A stretch of DNA of 64,000 bases from positions 49,109 through 113,108 of IMG/VR virus record IMGVR_UViG_3300024346_000017. One strand, 5' to 3'. This document shows, in pieces, positions 1 to 9,369 of the stretch. Both the position numbers and the translations under genes were made by a program. The stretch comes from a virus. Under the pieces are notes generated by a model. It was not told where the DNA came from. It saw only the letters and a list, made by a program, of their open reading frames with translations, and did no database searches. The number at the start of each line of letters is the position of its first letter. The first letter of the stretch is position 1.

Positions 1-2
1 CA

Positions 3-1142
3 GCAACTGCTAAGTCAGAAGCAATTTCTGCAGCAGCAACAGATGCAACAGACAAGGTAGCTGCAGAAGCTGCCCTCAGAGTATCAGGCGACGCAGCTTC
101 AGTTTCAACTGCAGCAGCTGACGCAACATCAAAGGCTAATGCAGCGCAAACAGCCGCTATCTCTGCAGCAGCAGCAGATGCTACTACAAAGGCAGACGCA
201 GCAAAGGCTGGAGCAGAAGCAACAGCAGCAGCAGCACTAACATCTGCAATCTCAACAGAGGTTTCAAACCGTAATACAGCAATTGGAGCAGCAGTAGATT
301 CATTAGTAGACGGTGCACCAGCACTTCTTAATACATTAAATGAATTGGCAGCAGCAATCAATGATGATGCTAACTACACAACAACACTAACATCAGCACT
401 TGCTCTCAAAGCTAACTCAGCAGATGTTACAACAGCAATTGCAACCGCTAAATCAGAATCAGCTACAGATGCAACAGACAAGGTAGCCGCAGAAGCAGCC
501 CTAAGAGTATCAGGCGATGCAGCTTCAGTTTCAACTGCAGCAGCAGATGCAACATCTAAGGCTAACGCAGCTCAAGCAGCAGCTATTGCAGCAGCAGAAA
601 CTGACGCTACAACCAAAGCAGGCGCAGCTCAAGCAGCAGCTATTGCAGCAGCAGCAACTGACGCTACAACCAAAGCAGGCGCAGCTCAAGCAGCAGCTAT
701 TGCAGCAGCAGCAACTGACGCTACTACAAAGGCTAACGCAGCTCAAGCAGCAGCGGAAGCAACTGCAGCAGCAGCCAATACAGCACAGCAAGCTGGAACA
801 ACATCTTTCACAGCATTAAATGTTAACGACCAGGCTAAGCAAATTGCAGCCTCATCAACATCACTTGGATCAGTTATAGTAACTGCTTATGAGTGGCCAA
901 AGGCAGACTACCGTTCAGGTAAGTTCCTTGTTAAGATTGATAATGCAACACACAATGAAATATCAGAAATTCTAGTAACACTAGACTCATCAGACAACGT
1001 AGCAATTACAGAATATGCAATTGTCGGAACTAATGGATCAAGAGGAACTATTACAGCAGATGTATCAGGATCAAATGTAAGAATAAGAGTAAATCCAGTA
1101 AATGATTCAACAATCAAAGTATCTGGAACACTTGTTAAATAA
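3..1142 (+). CDS. Ala/Thr-rich virion fibre protein, 5' truncated by window edge
   Basis: Frame is open from base 3 (ATAKSEAISAAATDATDK...), so the track start at 345 is internal. Has AAQAAAIAAAATDATTKA repeats, tail-fibre motif GAPALLNTLNELAAAINDDAN and a C-terminal beta domain. Confidence 0.75.
   Translation, partial: ATAKSEAISAAATDATDKVAAEAALRVSGDAASVSTAAADATSKANAAQTAAISAAAADATTKADAAKAGAEATAAAALTSAISTEVSNRNTAIGAAVDSLVDGAPALLNTLNELAAAINDDANYTTTLTSALALKANSADVTTAIATAKSESATDATDKVAAEAALRVSGDAASVSTAAADATSKANAAQAAAIAAAETDATTKAGAAQAAAIAAAATDATTKAGAAQAAAIAAAATDATTKANAAQAAAEATAAAANTAQQAGTTSFTALNVNDQAKQIAASSTSLGSVIVTAYEWPKADYRSGKFLVKIDNATHNEISEILVTLDSSDNVAITEYAIVGTNGSRGTITADVSGSNVRIRVNPVNDSTIKVSGTLVK
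567..752 (+). repeat. 57-bp (19-aa) coding tandem repeat, about 3.3 copies
   Basis: Unit gcagctcaagcagcagctattgcagcagcag(a/c)aactgacgctac...; units start at 567, 624, 681, 738. Confidence 0.9.
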
Positions 1143-1156
1143 TTAAATAAAGGTTT

Positions 1157-1181
1157 TGGGGGATTCCTTAAAAATCCCCCA
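1157..1181 (+). terminator. Hairpin after fibre gene (possible terminator or processing site)
   Basis: tGGGGGATT-ccttaaa-AATCCCCCa; no clear U-tract. Confidence 0.5.
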
Positions 1182-1212
1182 CAATAAACAATTAGGGGAT
1201 ATGTGAACTTAA

Positions 1213-1575
1213 ATGGCAACAGTAGATAAGAACTTTAAAGTAAAGAATGGGTTAAATGTAGCAGGAACTGCAACGTTTGATTCTAATATCGTATTAGGAA
1301 CAGCCCCAATATCTTTTGATACAACAACAAAAAGGCTACAAGTCCAGATTGATGGATCTTGGCAGCCTATAGCTTTGTATTCAGAAATTCCAAATGAAAA
1401 CACTATGCTTTCATTTATGGATGTAGGTTTGGCGATTGATTACAATGGCCAGCCAACATATATTATTCAGGCAAATGGAGTTACACCATCAGGAACAAGC
1501 AAGTATGTTTCTGGAGGAGACGCTTCAACTACTGAGTTTGGAATGACCTTTGATTCAGGAGCATTAGTAGCATGA
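1213..1575 (+). CDS. Small virion/fibre-associated protein
   Basis: N-terminal KNFKVKNGL motif typical of phage structural proteins; lies between fibre genes. Confidence 0.6.
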   Translation: MATVDKNFKVKNGLNVAGTATFDSNIVLGTAPISFDTTTKRLQVQIDGSWQPIALYSEIPNENTMLSFMDVGLAIDYNGQPTYIIQANGVTPSGTSKYVSGGDASTTEFGMTFDSGALVA

Positions 1576-1597
1576 TGCTTAATTGTAATGGTTTAAA

Positions 1598-1606
1598 TGC
1601 TATAAT
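1598..1606 (+). promoter_or_regulatory. Extended -10 promoter TGCTATAAT
   Basis: TGn-TATAAT, intergenic, upstream of SD AGGGGT and ATG 1637. Confidence 0.65.
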
Positions 1607-1636
1607 TTCAATATATCAAATAAAAGGGGTGGCATA

Positions 1637-4117
1637 ATGTCAACAGTAAGAATTCAAGTACGTAGAGGTTTAGCTTCAGAATGGACCGCAGCAAATCCAG
1701 TATTGGCTGCAGGTGAAATGGGTGTTGAAACAAACACTAATTTATTTAAGTTTGGTAACGGGTCTTCTACATGGACTGCCCTTGCATATGCCAACAACTC
1801 AGATGTAGCAATTGGTGAAATTTCCCAAGACGCTATCAACACAGCCCTTACAATGGGTGCAGGTTTAACAAAGACTTATAACGATGGAGCAAATACAATA
1901 ACTATAACTGTTGATACAGATGTAGTTTCAACAAGAGCATTTGCTACAACAGCAGCAGGGACTGCACAGACTGCAGCAGAAGCAACCGCAGCAGCAGATG
2001 CAAGCACAAAGGCTTCAGCAGCACAAGCTGCAGCAATTGCAGCAGCTTCAGCAGATGCAAGCGCAAAGGCTTCAGCAACTCTTGCTTCAGCAACCGCAGC
2101 AGCAGCAGCATATACAGACTCTGCAGTAAATGGAGTAAATAACTCTCTTTCAGATTACCTAGAGGTAACAGAAAGAGGAGCAATGAATGGAGTTGCTTCC
2201 CTAGACGCAAATGTCAAGGTTCCACAAGCACAGCTTCCTTTAAATACTTTAACAACAAATATTAATACATCAGGAACAGTATCTGCAGCAACAGTAATGG
2301 CAGAAGATGTAACTTCAAGCGGTGTAGTAACAGCAAACAATGTAACTATTAGTGGAAACCTAACTGTAAATGGAACAACCACATCAGTAAATTCAACAAG
2401 CGTTACAATTGATGACCCAATGATTTATATTGGCGATGGCAATCAGTCAAACTCACTTGACCTTGGAGTTGTAGCAGCATTTAATGATGGCACATACCAG
2501 CATGCAGGTCTTGTTCGTGATGCTTCAGATCAAGGAATCTGGAAACTATTCTCAGGAGTAACATCAGAGCCTGGCACAACAGTAGATTTCACTACATATA
2601 CAAAAGATAAGCTAGAACTAGGAACTTTGTATGCAGATGCAGCAAGAATTGGATCAGTTACAAATCTAGAAATTCAGCACCTAGGAGGAGTTACTTCACC
2701 AATCCAGGCACAGCTTAATACCAAATTGGCTAGCGTACCTGATGATTCTGTTGGAACAGCTAAGATTCAAGCAGCTTCAGTAACTACTGCAAAAATTGCA
2801 GATGGTGCAATTGATACATCTAAAATTGCAGATGTTGCAGTAAGTACTGCAAAAATTGCAGATGGTGCAATTTTAACTGCAAAGCTTGCAGATGCTTCTG
2901 TAACTTCAGCAAAAATTCCAGCAAACACAATTTCTCAATCACATCTAAATGATGACGCAGTAGGAACTGCAGAAATTGTTGCACTTGCAGTAACTACCGA
3001 AAAGATTGCAGATGCTGCAGTAAGTACTGCAAAAATTGCAAATTCAGCAGTTACTACTTTAAAAATTGAAGATCTAGCAATCACAAATGAAAAGATTGCA
3101 ACAGCAGCAGGAATAGCTCAGTCAAAGATTTCTGGATTAACTGAAGCCCTAGCTACAAAAGCAACAATTGATTCACCAACATTTACTGGTGCAGTTGTTC
3201 TTCCAGCAACAACAACAATCGGTCTAGTTGATGCAACTGAAATGGGATACTTAAATGGTGTTACATCTTCACTTCAAACACAGCTAACAGCCCTTGGAAC
3301 AGCAGATTCAACACACGCAGCATTAACTGAAAATGTTCACGGCATTGCAAATACTGCAGCACTTGCAACAATGGCTTACGCTGATACAGCAGAAGCAGAC
3401 GCAATTACAGCAGCAGGTACAGCAGCAGATTCAAAGATTGCAACTGCAGTAGCAGCACTTACAAAGTCTTCAGTAGGACTTGCAAATGTTGATAATACAG
3501 CAGATGCATCAAAGCCAGTCTCTACAGCACAGGCTTCAGCAATCGCAACTGCTAAGTCAGAAGCAATTGCAGATGCAACTTCACAAGTAAATGCATTACT
3601 AACAGGAGCTCCAGCAGCACTCAATACACTTGATGAGCTTGCAGCAGCACTCGGAGATGATGCAAACTTTGCAAGCACAGTTACTACTAGCTTAGCAGCT
3701 AAAGCACCAATTGCTTCACCAACATTTACTGGAACAGTAACAGTTGCAGCAGCAGGAGTAGCGTTTGCAGATAAGACTCAGACAAAGGCAGGCGTACCTT
3801 CTCTCACATCAATTGCCACAGCAGTTTCAGCAAGCACAACACTAGATGCGCTTGGAACAGATGCAGCAGTAAGAGATTCACTAGTTCCTCTATCAGGAGC
3901 AGTAAACGTCAGCTTTGAAGCAACAGGAAATGCAAAGTATGAAATCGGTTCTTCAATCAGCTTCTACCAGTCAGCAGGAACTGGTGCTAATATAACTGGA
4001 TCTGGAGTTACAATTCTTGCGACACCAGGTGCAACATTAAGAACAACAAGTTCATCAGTAACAGCCACTAAGGTTGCAGCAACAACATGGTTGTTAGCTG
4101 GAGACCTAAGAGCATAA
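1637..4117 (+). CDS. Tail fibre with Mtd_N/hyaluronidase-type N-terminal domain
   Basis: RIQVRRG..SEW...NPVLAAGEMGVETNT..FKFGNG..W..L.Y; decapeptide AKIADxAV repeats; GAPAALNTLDELAAALGDDANF fibre motif. Confidence 0.8.
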   Translation: MSTVRIQVRRGLASEWTAANPVLAAGEMGVETNTNLFKFGNGSSTWTALAYANNSDVAIGEISQDAINTALTMGAGLTKTYNDGANTITITVDTDVVSTRAFATTAAGTAQTAAEATAAADASTKASAAQAAAIAAASADASAKASATLASATAAAAAYTDSAVNGVNNSLSDYLEVTERGAMNGVASLDANVKVPQAQLPLNTLTTNINTSGTVSAATVMAEDVTSSGVVTANNVTISGNLTVNGTTTSVNSTSVTIDDPMIYIGDGNQSNSLDLGVVAAFNDGTYQHAGLVRDASDQGIWKLFSGVTSEPGTTVDFTTYTKDKLELGTLYADAARIGSVTNLEIQHLGGVTSPIQAQLNTKLASVPDDSVGTAKIQAASVTTAKIADGAIDTSKIADVAVSTAKIADGAILTAKLADASVTSAKIPANTISQSHLNDDAVGTAEIVALAVTTEKIADAAVSTAKIANSAVTTLKIEDLAITNEKIATAAGIAQSKISGLTEALATKATIDSPTFTGAVVLPATTTIGLVDATEMGYLNGVTSSLQTQLTALGTADSTHAALTENVHGIANTAALATMAYADTAEADAITAAGTAADSKIATAVAALTKSSVGLANVDNTADASKPVSTAQASAIATAKSEAIADATSQVNALLTGAPAALNTLDELAAALGDDANFASTVTTSLAAKAPIASPTFTGTVTVAAAGVAFADKTQTKAGVPSLTSIATAVSASTTLDALGTDAAVRDSLVPLSGAVNVSFEATGNAKYEIGSSISFYQSAGTGANITGSGVTILATPGATLRTTSSSVTATKVAATTWLLAGDLRA
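2741..3100 (+). repeat. About 12 degenerate 10-aa repeats (D.AV.TAKIA)
   Basis: DDSVGTAKIQ/AASVTTAKIA/DGAIDTSKIA/DVAVSTAKIA... at 30-bp period. Confidence 0.85.
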
Positions 4118-4137
4118 TTGGAAAATAGGAGAATAAA

Positions 4138-4971
4138 ATGTCAAAAAATATAGGTAATAAAGCCGCCGCACAAGACAACTTCATTGGACCAAATGCTCCA
4201 ACTGGCTTAACTGCAACAAATGTTGGAGCTAACAGAGCATTTAACGATGGGCGTATTGATCTAGCATGGGTTGCACCAACTGGAGCAAATACTCCAACAT
4301 CATATAAGATTATGCGTGGTGGAGCAGAAATTGCAACAGTTTCTCACCCTACAGTAACTTATTCAAATACTGGACTAACATCAGCCACACTTTACTCTTA
4401 TACAGTAAGAGCAGCAGATGCTTATGGAACTTCAGCCGATTCAAACGCTGCAACAGCAACAGCAACAACAGTTCCTTCTGCTCCAACAAGTGCATCTGCA
4501 ACAGCAGGAGTTAATGCAAACACAGTTCAGTGGGCAGCGCCAGCAACTGGTGGAACTGCAATCACAAACTACTATGTTGTTGGAAATGATGCAACAACTG
4601 GAAATACTACTGGTTTATCTGTATCAATTGCAGATTCTGCAAATACATCTCAATACTATAACGTATATGCAGACAATGCTAATGGAAGATCAGCTGCATC
4701 AAATAACACTAATACTGTTACTACACTTGCACCTACTTTCTTCGCACCACCGTTTTTCCCACCATTCTTTCCACCAAGCTTCTTCGCCCCACCAGGGTTC
4801 TTTGCCCCACCAAGCTTCTTTGCACCGCCAGTGTTCTTTGCCCCACCAGGGTTCTTTGCACCGCCAGTGTTCTTTGCCCCACCAGGGTTCTTTGCACCGC
4901 CAGTGTTCTTTGCGCCACCAAGCTTCTTTGCGCCACCAACATTTGGCTCACGTTTTATCAGATCGTATTAA
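4138..4971 (+). CDS. Two-FN3-domain protein with C-terminal (x-FFAPP)n Pro/Phe repeat tail
   Basis: FN3 hallmarks (PNAPTGL..IDLAW.AP...SYKI; PSAP..VQWAAP..GG..ITNY; YNVYA.NANG.SA.S); SD AGGAGA; tail with 10 FFAPP and 2 FFPP. Confidence 0.85.
   Translation: MSKNIGNKAAAQDNFIGPNAPTGLTATNVGANRAFNDGRIDLAWVAPTGANTPTSYKIMRGGAEIATVSHPTVTYSNTGLTSATLYSYTVRAADAYGTSADSNAATATATTVPSAPTSASATAGVNANTVQWAAPATGGTAITNYYVVGNDATTGNTTGLSVSIADSANTSQYYNVYADNANGRSAASNNTNTVTTLAPTFFAPPFFPPFFPPSFFAPPGFFAPPSFFAPPVFFAPPGFFAPPVFFAPPGFFAPPVFFAPPSFFAPPTFGSRFIRSY
4738..4941 (+). repeat. 18-bp coding tandem repeat with perfect 36-bp higher-order unit (4816-4913)
   Basis: ttctttgcaccgccagtgttctttgccccaccaggg at 4816 and 4852, partial at 4888. 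Confidence 0.95.
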
Positions 4972-4982
4972 TAATATACAAA

Positions 4983-5012
4983 ACAATAGCAAGGGGCAAC
5001 CCTTGCTATTGT
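4983..5012 (+). terminator. Perfect 13-bp hairpin with GCAA tetraloop
   Basis: acaatagcaaggg-GCAA-cccttgctattgt, just after stop 4971. Confidence 0.75.
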
Positions 5013-5037
5013 GCTATATAAATATAAATGATACAAT
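5009..5037 (+). promoter_or_regulatory. sigma70-type promoter for the oxygenase operon (leaderless)
   Basis: TTGTGC-17-TACAAT with TG extension; ATG 5044 is 6 nt after the -10; no SD. Confidence 0.7.
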
Positions 5038-5043
5038 TTGTAT

Positions 5044-5748
5044 ATGACAAATATAAATGAATCTTTTAGCTTTTCTTCTAAAGAACAGCTTTTCCCAGGC
5101 GTATGGGTTTACAGAAATGTAATTAAGAACGACCTTGATATTATTAATAGGCTCAATGAAATTGGCGAATCTGCCATAAGCGAGAACGATACAAGATACG
5201 CATGGACGTTTGGCTTTGTTGGGTATAGCGAAAAAAGACCATCATACAGAGACTGTGAAGACATTAAAGTCGGAGAAATTAAAAACCCTAGATCTAAAAC
5301 AGAGCAATTAGTTTCTAGTTTGTGGACAGATTTAAAAAAATCACAGTCCCCAGCTGTTGAAGACTATTGCGGAATGTATAATGTAAAAATGGATTACTGG
5401 GAAGTAATGAACTGCATCAAATATGGAAAGGGACAACATTTCCAAGAGCATGCAGACCATGGGTTCTCTTATAGCGCTACAGTTTCATTAGTTGCATACG
5501 TAAACGACGACTATGAAGGCGGAAACTTATATTTCCCTAAGCTTAATCTAGATATTAAGCCAAAAGCTGGAGACCTATATATATTCCCATCAACATATTT
5601 ATTTTCACACAGGGCAATGCCAGTTGATTCTGGAATGAAGGTTTCAATTGTAACTATGCTAGATTATAATGATCATGCTCATAGACAAGAGTTTATGCAG
5701 ATGAGAGCTAACTGGTTAGAGCAAGACGCACAAGCTGGCAAGAACTAA
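5044..5748 (+). CDS. 2OG-Fe(II) dioxygenase, prolyl 4-hydroxylase-like (#1)
   Basis: HAD...YVNDDYEGGNLYF...HRAMPV..GMK (HxD...H triad, Lys as 2OG ligand). Start moved to ATG 5044. Confidence 0.85.
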   Translation: MTNINESFSFSSKEQLFPGVWVYRNVIKNDLDIINRLNEIGESAISENDTRYAWTFGFVGYSEKRPSYRDCEDIKVGEIKNPRSKTEQLVSSLWTDLKKSQSPAVEDYCGMYNVKMDYWEVMNCIKYGKGQHFQEHADHGFSYSATVSLVAYVNDDYEGGNLYFPKLNLDIKPKAGDLYIFPSTYLFSHRAMPVDSGMKVSIVTMLDYNDHAHRQEFMQMRANWLEQDAQAGKN

Positions 5749-5749
5749 A

Positions 5750-6472
5750 ATGTATAATATAGAGGCATACTTTGTTAGAGAAGGGTTTGGCCAAGTTAGC
5801 CCTCTATCAGTAAAGAGAGACTGGATGGATCAAACATTTGACGCACATGCCTATAAGTGTTTCCCAGTCAGCCTAACTAATCAATTGGGTTGGGGTATAT
5901 CTTTTCCAGAAGACATATCATTTATTTGGGATGGAATTACAGATAGCAGTCCAGATCATGTAAAAATATTGTCTGGAGAAAAATATGCATATGCTGGTAG
6001 AGCAAATGCAACAATCAGCTTTAATACTGGAATAATGTTTAAGACTGACGAAAACTCAACTTTAATGTCTATGCCTGTACCCAATCTTTTTATTGATGGC
6101 GCAACCCCTTTTACTACATTAATCAGTACATCTTTTTATAGAGGAGAGCTACCAGCAGCCTGGATGATAACAAAAGCAAATGAAGTTATAACCATTAAAG
6201 CTGGAACCCCAGTAATATCAGTAATGCCAATAAATTTAGATTCAATTAATAACTCAGAGATGCAGTTTAAAGAATTATCATCTCTCCCAGAGCCTTTGTT
6301 TGACTCTACAGAATATTCTAATGTTATATATGACTTAAATAGAACCGCAACATGGTCCAATTTTTATAGAGATGCAGTAGATCATTTAAAGAGAAAAATT
6401 GGATCTCACCAAGTAAAGGCAATAAGACTAAAAACAAATAATGATATAATGAATAAAGGAGGAAGCAAATGA
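5750..6472 (+). CDS. DUF6065-like protein
   Basis: RDWMD.T...HAYKCFPV...NQLGW...P....IWDG signature; ITIKAGTPV..VMPI dUTPase-like strand. Confidence 0.7.
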   Translation: MYNIEAYFVREGFGQVSPLSVKRDWMDQTFDAHAYKCFPVSLTNQLGWGISFPEDISFIWDGITDSSPDHVKILSGEKYAYAGRANATISFNTGIMFKTDENSTLMSMPVPNLFIDGATPFTTLISTSFYRGELPAAWMITKANEVITIKAGTPVISVMPINLDSINNSEMQFKELSSLPEPLFDSTEYSNVIYDLNRTATWSNFYRDAVDHLKRKIGSHQVKAIRLKTNNDIMNKGGSK

Positions 6473-7143
6473 AACCATCAAACGACTGGGGCAATAATGC
6501 TCCTATATCTATAACCCCCTCTGGCTTTTTTGGAAACTCTTCTTCCAATATTATAGAAATTAAAGACTTCCTTTCTTTGGCGGAAAGAGAAAGACTTATG
6601 GACTTTGCTTTAAACAATAAAATTTGGGATATAACAGAAACTCATCGTGATGCAGACGGACTAGTTTTATATGATCATAAAATTTGGGAAGACAGAGTAT
6701 GTACTTATAACTCTCTTATGGCATCCGATCCAGGCATACTTGAGCTTATCTACAGTATGATCGATAGATTAAAAATAGAAGTAGATGCATTTTTTAGTGT
6801 AGATGCAAAAGAAACTGGTCCAGCAATTGTTCGTTGGCCTGTTGGCGCAAGACAAGAACCCCATGCAGATAAAGAATTTCATGCTGGTCCAGAAAAAGGA
6901 AGGGCTAACGATTTCCCATGGTATGATTTAGCTGGATTATTTTATTTTAACGATGACTATGAAGGAGGAGAACTTTATTTCCCTCAGCATGGCATTGAGT
7001 TTAAACCAGTTGCAGGAGCAGCATATTTTTTCCCAGGCGATATGAATTATACGCATGGAGTCCGCCCAGTAAAGTCTGGGAATAGGTTTACATCACCATT
7101 TTTTTGGACTATAAAAAAACATACAGGAGAAAAACAGCCATGA
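6469..7143 (+). CDS. 2OG-Fe(II) dioxygenase, P4H-like (#2)
   Basis: PHAD...YFNDDYEGGELYF...HGVRPV.SG.R; ATGA-coupled. Confidence 0.85.
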   Translation: MKPSNDWGNNAPISITPSGFFGNSSSNIIEIKDFLSLAERERLMDFALNNKIWDITETHRDADGLVLYDHKIWEDRVCTYNSLMASDPGILELIYSMIDRLKIEVDAFFSVDAKETGPAIVRWPVGARQEPHADKEFHAGPEKGRANDFPWYDLAGLFYFNDDYEGGELYFPQHGIEFKPVAGAAYFFPGDMNYTHGVRPVKSGNRFTSPFFWTIKKHTGEKQP

Positions 7144-7958
7144 GTAAATTAGAATATGTAGAGCTTTATCCAAAAGTAGATATCTATAGAAATGTTTTAA
7201 AAGACCCAAACCAGCTATATGCAGTAATGAATGAATCTGAAAAGACATCAGAAGGAAAGTACTTTTTAAAAACATGGGATCCGTGGGCGCACTTTGGAAC
7301 ATACACACAAAAAAAGGACCCAAGAGAAGTTTCTGCTGAAATTCAAAAAGAAGAGATGTTTATTAAAGAAAAACAATTTGTTGAAGAAGTTGAAGAAGCT
7401 TACAACAAGGTTGTATTAGATTATGTAGAAAGACACGGCATTGATTTGCCAGACGGATGGCATTTTAGTGGTTGCTCCTATTCAAAATATCACGCAAACA
7501 TTGATACGCTAAATAATAGCATGACAATGCAATATCATACAGACCATATAACCTCTCAAAAAGATATGCCTGGAGATAAGTTTTCTATAACATGTACCAT
7601 GTACATTAATGATGATTATGAAGGCGGAGACATTGAGTTTTATGTTGATGGAAATCTTATTAATCACAAGCCTCAAGCAGGAGACATTTTGGTTTTTCCA
7701 TCTACAGAGCCATATTTTCATGGAGTAAAAACAATTAACACTAATGAAAAATTCTTTGTCAGAAACTTTATTATGACTCCACACAATGGCACAGAAGAAT
7801 GGCTTGCGAATCAAAGAAAATTTGGTGCTTACAGATGGGCAAAAATGGAACAAGAAAGAATAGACCACGACGATAAAAGAAATATGGTTTATTTTGCAGA
7901 CGGCAAGCCTATATCATACGAAGACTATATGAGCACAAACAAGGGCAAAGGTAAATAA
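7140..7958 (+). CDS. 2OG-Fe(II) dioxygenase, P4H-like (#3)
   Basis: YHTD...YINDDYEGGDIEF...HGVKTI...K; start at ATGA overlap 7140. Confidence 0.85.
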   Translation: MSKLEYVELYPKVDIYRNVLKDPNQLYAVMNESEKTSEGKYFLKTWDPWAHFGTYTQKKDPREVSAEIQKEEMFIKEKQFVEEVEEAYNKVVLDYVERHGIDLPDGWHFSGCSYSKYHANIDTLNNSMTMQYHTDHITSQKDMPGDKFSITCTMYINDDYEGGDIEFYVDGNLINHKPQAGDILVFPSTEPYFHGVKTINTNEKFFVRNFIMTPHNGTEEWLANQRKFGAYRWAKMEQERIDHDDKRNMVYFADGKPISYEDYMSTNKGKGK

Positions 7959-7959
7959 C

Positions 7960-8712
7960 ATGGAAAGAAATATGATTATAACTAGACACAAGCCAGATAT
8001 CGTACAGTATGATAATTTTTTAACTCCAGATGAGTGTAAATCTATCATAGATGTTTTGGCCATCAAAATGGAAAAGGATCAACTTAGATGGATGCCAATT
8101 TCATTTTATGAATCATATTCATCTGGAACCCCAGAGCTAAATGATCCAGATACAATTGCTTCTGGTCTTCCAGGAGATTTTTTTCAAGACTTAAGACAGA
8201 GAGTTATAAACGCAACTGCAGATATGGCTGGTAAATCTCCAGAACAAATGTCTCAAATAAGCTGGCACTCTCAAAGATGGGCACCAGGAGCATTTGCAAA
8301 TATGCATTCTGATAACACATCTAATGATGGTGTATCTGGTGCATTTACTAGAAGCAGATATGCAACATTCCTTTATTTAAATGACGACTTTGAAGATGGT
8401 GTTTTAAACTTTAAACATGGGCTTACAATTGTTCCTAAGACGGGAACCCTTGTAACTTTTGCTGGAGGATTTGATAACATGCATGAGGTTACAACTGTCA
8501 AAAAGTCTATTCGATATACCCTTGGTTCATTTTGGGACGATAGAGAAGAAAGCGATTATCCGCAAGAAGTAAGAGATGCTTGGGCGGAAGAGCTTGCAAA
8601 AGTCAGAGCAATTCAAAAAGATGAGGCAGCAGAATGGGAAGATTATAGAAAAAGAGGAGTAAGAATAACTCCACGAGGAGAACAATACCCAGCTTCTGAA
8701 GTGGAAGGCTAA
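7960..8712 (+). CDS. 2OG-Fe(II) dioxygenase, P4H-like (#4)
   Basis: DNFLTPDEC; MHSD...YLNDDFEDG.L.F...HEVTTV....R. Confidence 0.85.
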   Translation: MERNMIITRHKPDIVQYDNFLTPDECKSIIDVLAIKMEKDQLRWMPISFYESYSSGTPELNDPDTIASGLPGDFFQDLRQRVINATADMAGKSPEQMSQISWHSQRWAPGAFANMHSDNTSNDGVSGAFTRSRYATFLYLNDDFEDGVLNFKHGLTIVPKTGTLVTFAGGFDNMHEVTTVKKSIRYTLGSFWDDREESDYPQEVRDAWAEELAKVRAIQKDEAAEWEDYRKRGVRITPRGEQYPASEVEG

Positions 8713-8713
8713 T

Positions 8714-9364
8714 ATGCAAAACGATGTTGATTTTAAACAATTTACAATGTTTAACGTACACGCACTAGACCCAAATATTTGGTATTGGGAAAATGTTCTT
8801 AGCTATCCAAAAGAATTAAATAGCTTTATAGAAGAAATAGATTCTATTCCAGAATCATATTCAAGAATTTCAAAATGGGAAAACTGGTCTGCAAGTAATG
8901 ATGAGTCTTTAATTTATGGCGCAACAAAAAATATATTTAGATCTAAGCTAAAAGAAACTACTGGCTCTGACGCAGTTGATAAAAAAACATTGTACATTGC
9001 AAACAGCTTTATCATGGCAGCTGAAATGTGCTCAGATAGGTATTTTGCGAGTCACGGATTAGATAAAAATAATTACAATTTAGAAATAAATCAAATTCCA
9101 ATTAAAAAATGGAATCAAGGACAATCAATGGGCCCACACTTTGATGGTCAAGATGGAAATAAAGACTTAGCCTTCTCTCTTGTAACTTATATAAATGACG
9201 ACTACGAAGGTGGAGAAATTCATTTTCCAAATCAAAATGTTACGTTAAAGCCAGCAGCTGGAAGCTTAATAATGTTTCCATCTCAAGAGCCATATATCCA
9301 CGAAGTAAAACCTATTATTTCTGGAACAAGATACATGAGTCCAGCACACGTATATATTAAATAG
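8714..9364 (+). CDS. 2OG-Fe(II) dioxygenase, P4H-like (#5)
   Basis: PHFD...YINDDYEGGEIHF...HEVKPIISGTR. Confidence 0.85.
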   Translation: MQNDVDFKQFTMFNVHALDPNIWYWENVLSYPKELNSFIEEIDSIPESYSRISKWENWSASNDESLIYGATKNIFRSKLKETTGSDAVDKKTLYIANSFIMAAEMCSDRYFASHGLDKNNYNLEINQIPIKKWNQGQSMGPHFDGQDGNKDLAFSLVTYINDDYEGGEIHFPNQNVTLKPAAGSLIMFPSQEPYIHEVKPIISGTRYMSPAHVYIK

Positions 9365-9369
9365 ATAGG

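Noticed and set aside
517-2210. Poly-Gln, poly-Cys and poly-Leu ORFs (517, 531, 1941, 1944)
   Set aside because: Alternate-frame shadows of GCA-rich Ala repeats in real fibre genes.
1637-4117. Diversity-generating retroelement suggested by Mtd_N
   Set aside because: No reverse transcriptase and no adenine-mismatched TR/VR pair seen in the window.
4816-4913. 36-bp repeats as a CRISPR array
   Set aside because: Head-to-tail coding repeats with no unique spacers.
4418-5047. Alternate-frame ORFs with HQGSL or AVQRTL repeats
   Set aside because: Shadows of the FFAPP array; synonymous variation falls at third positions of the FFAPP frame.
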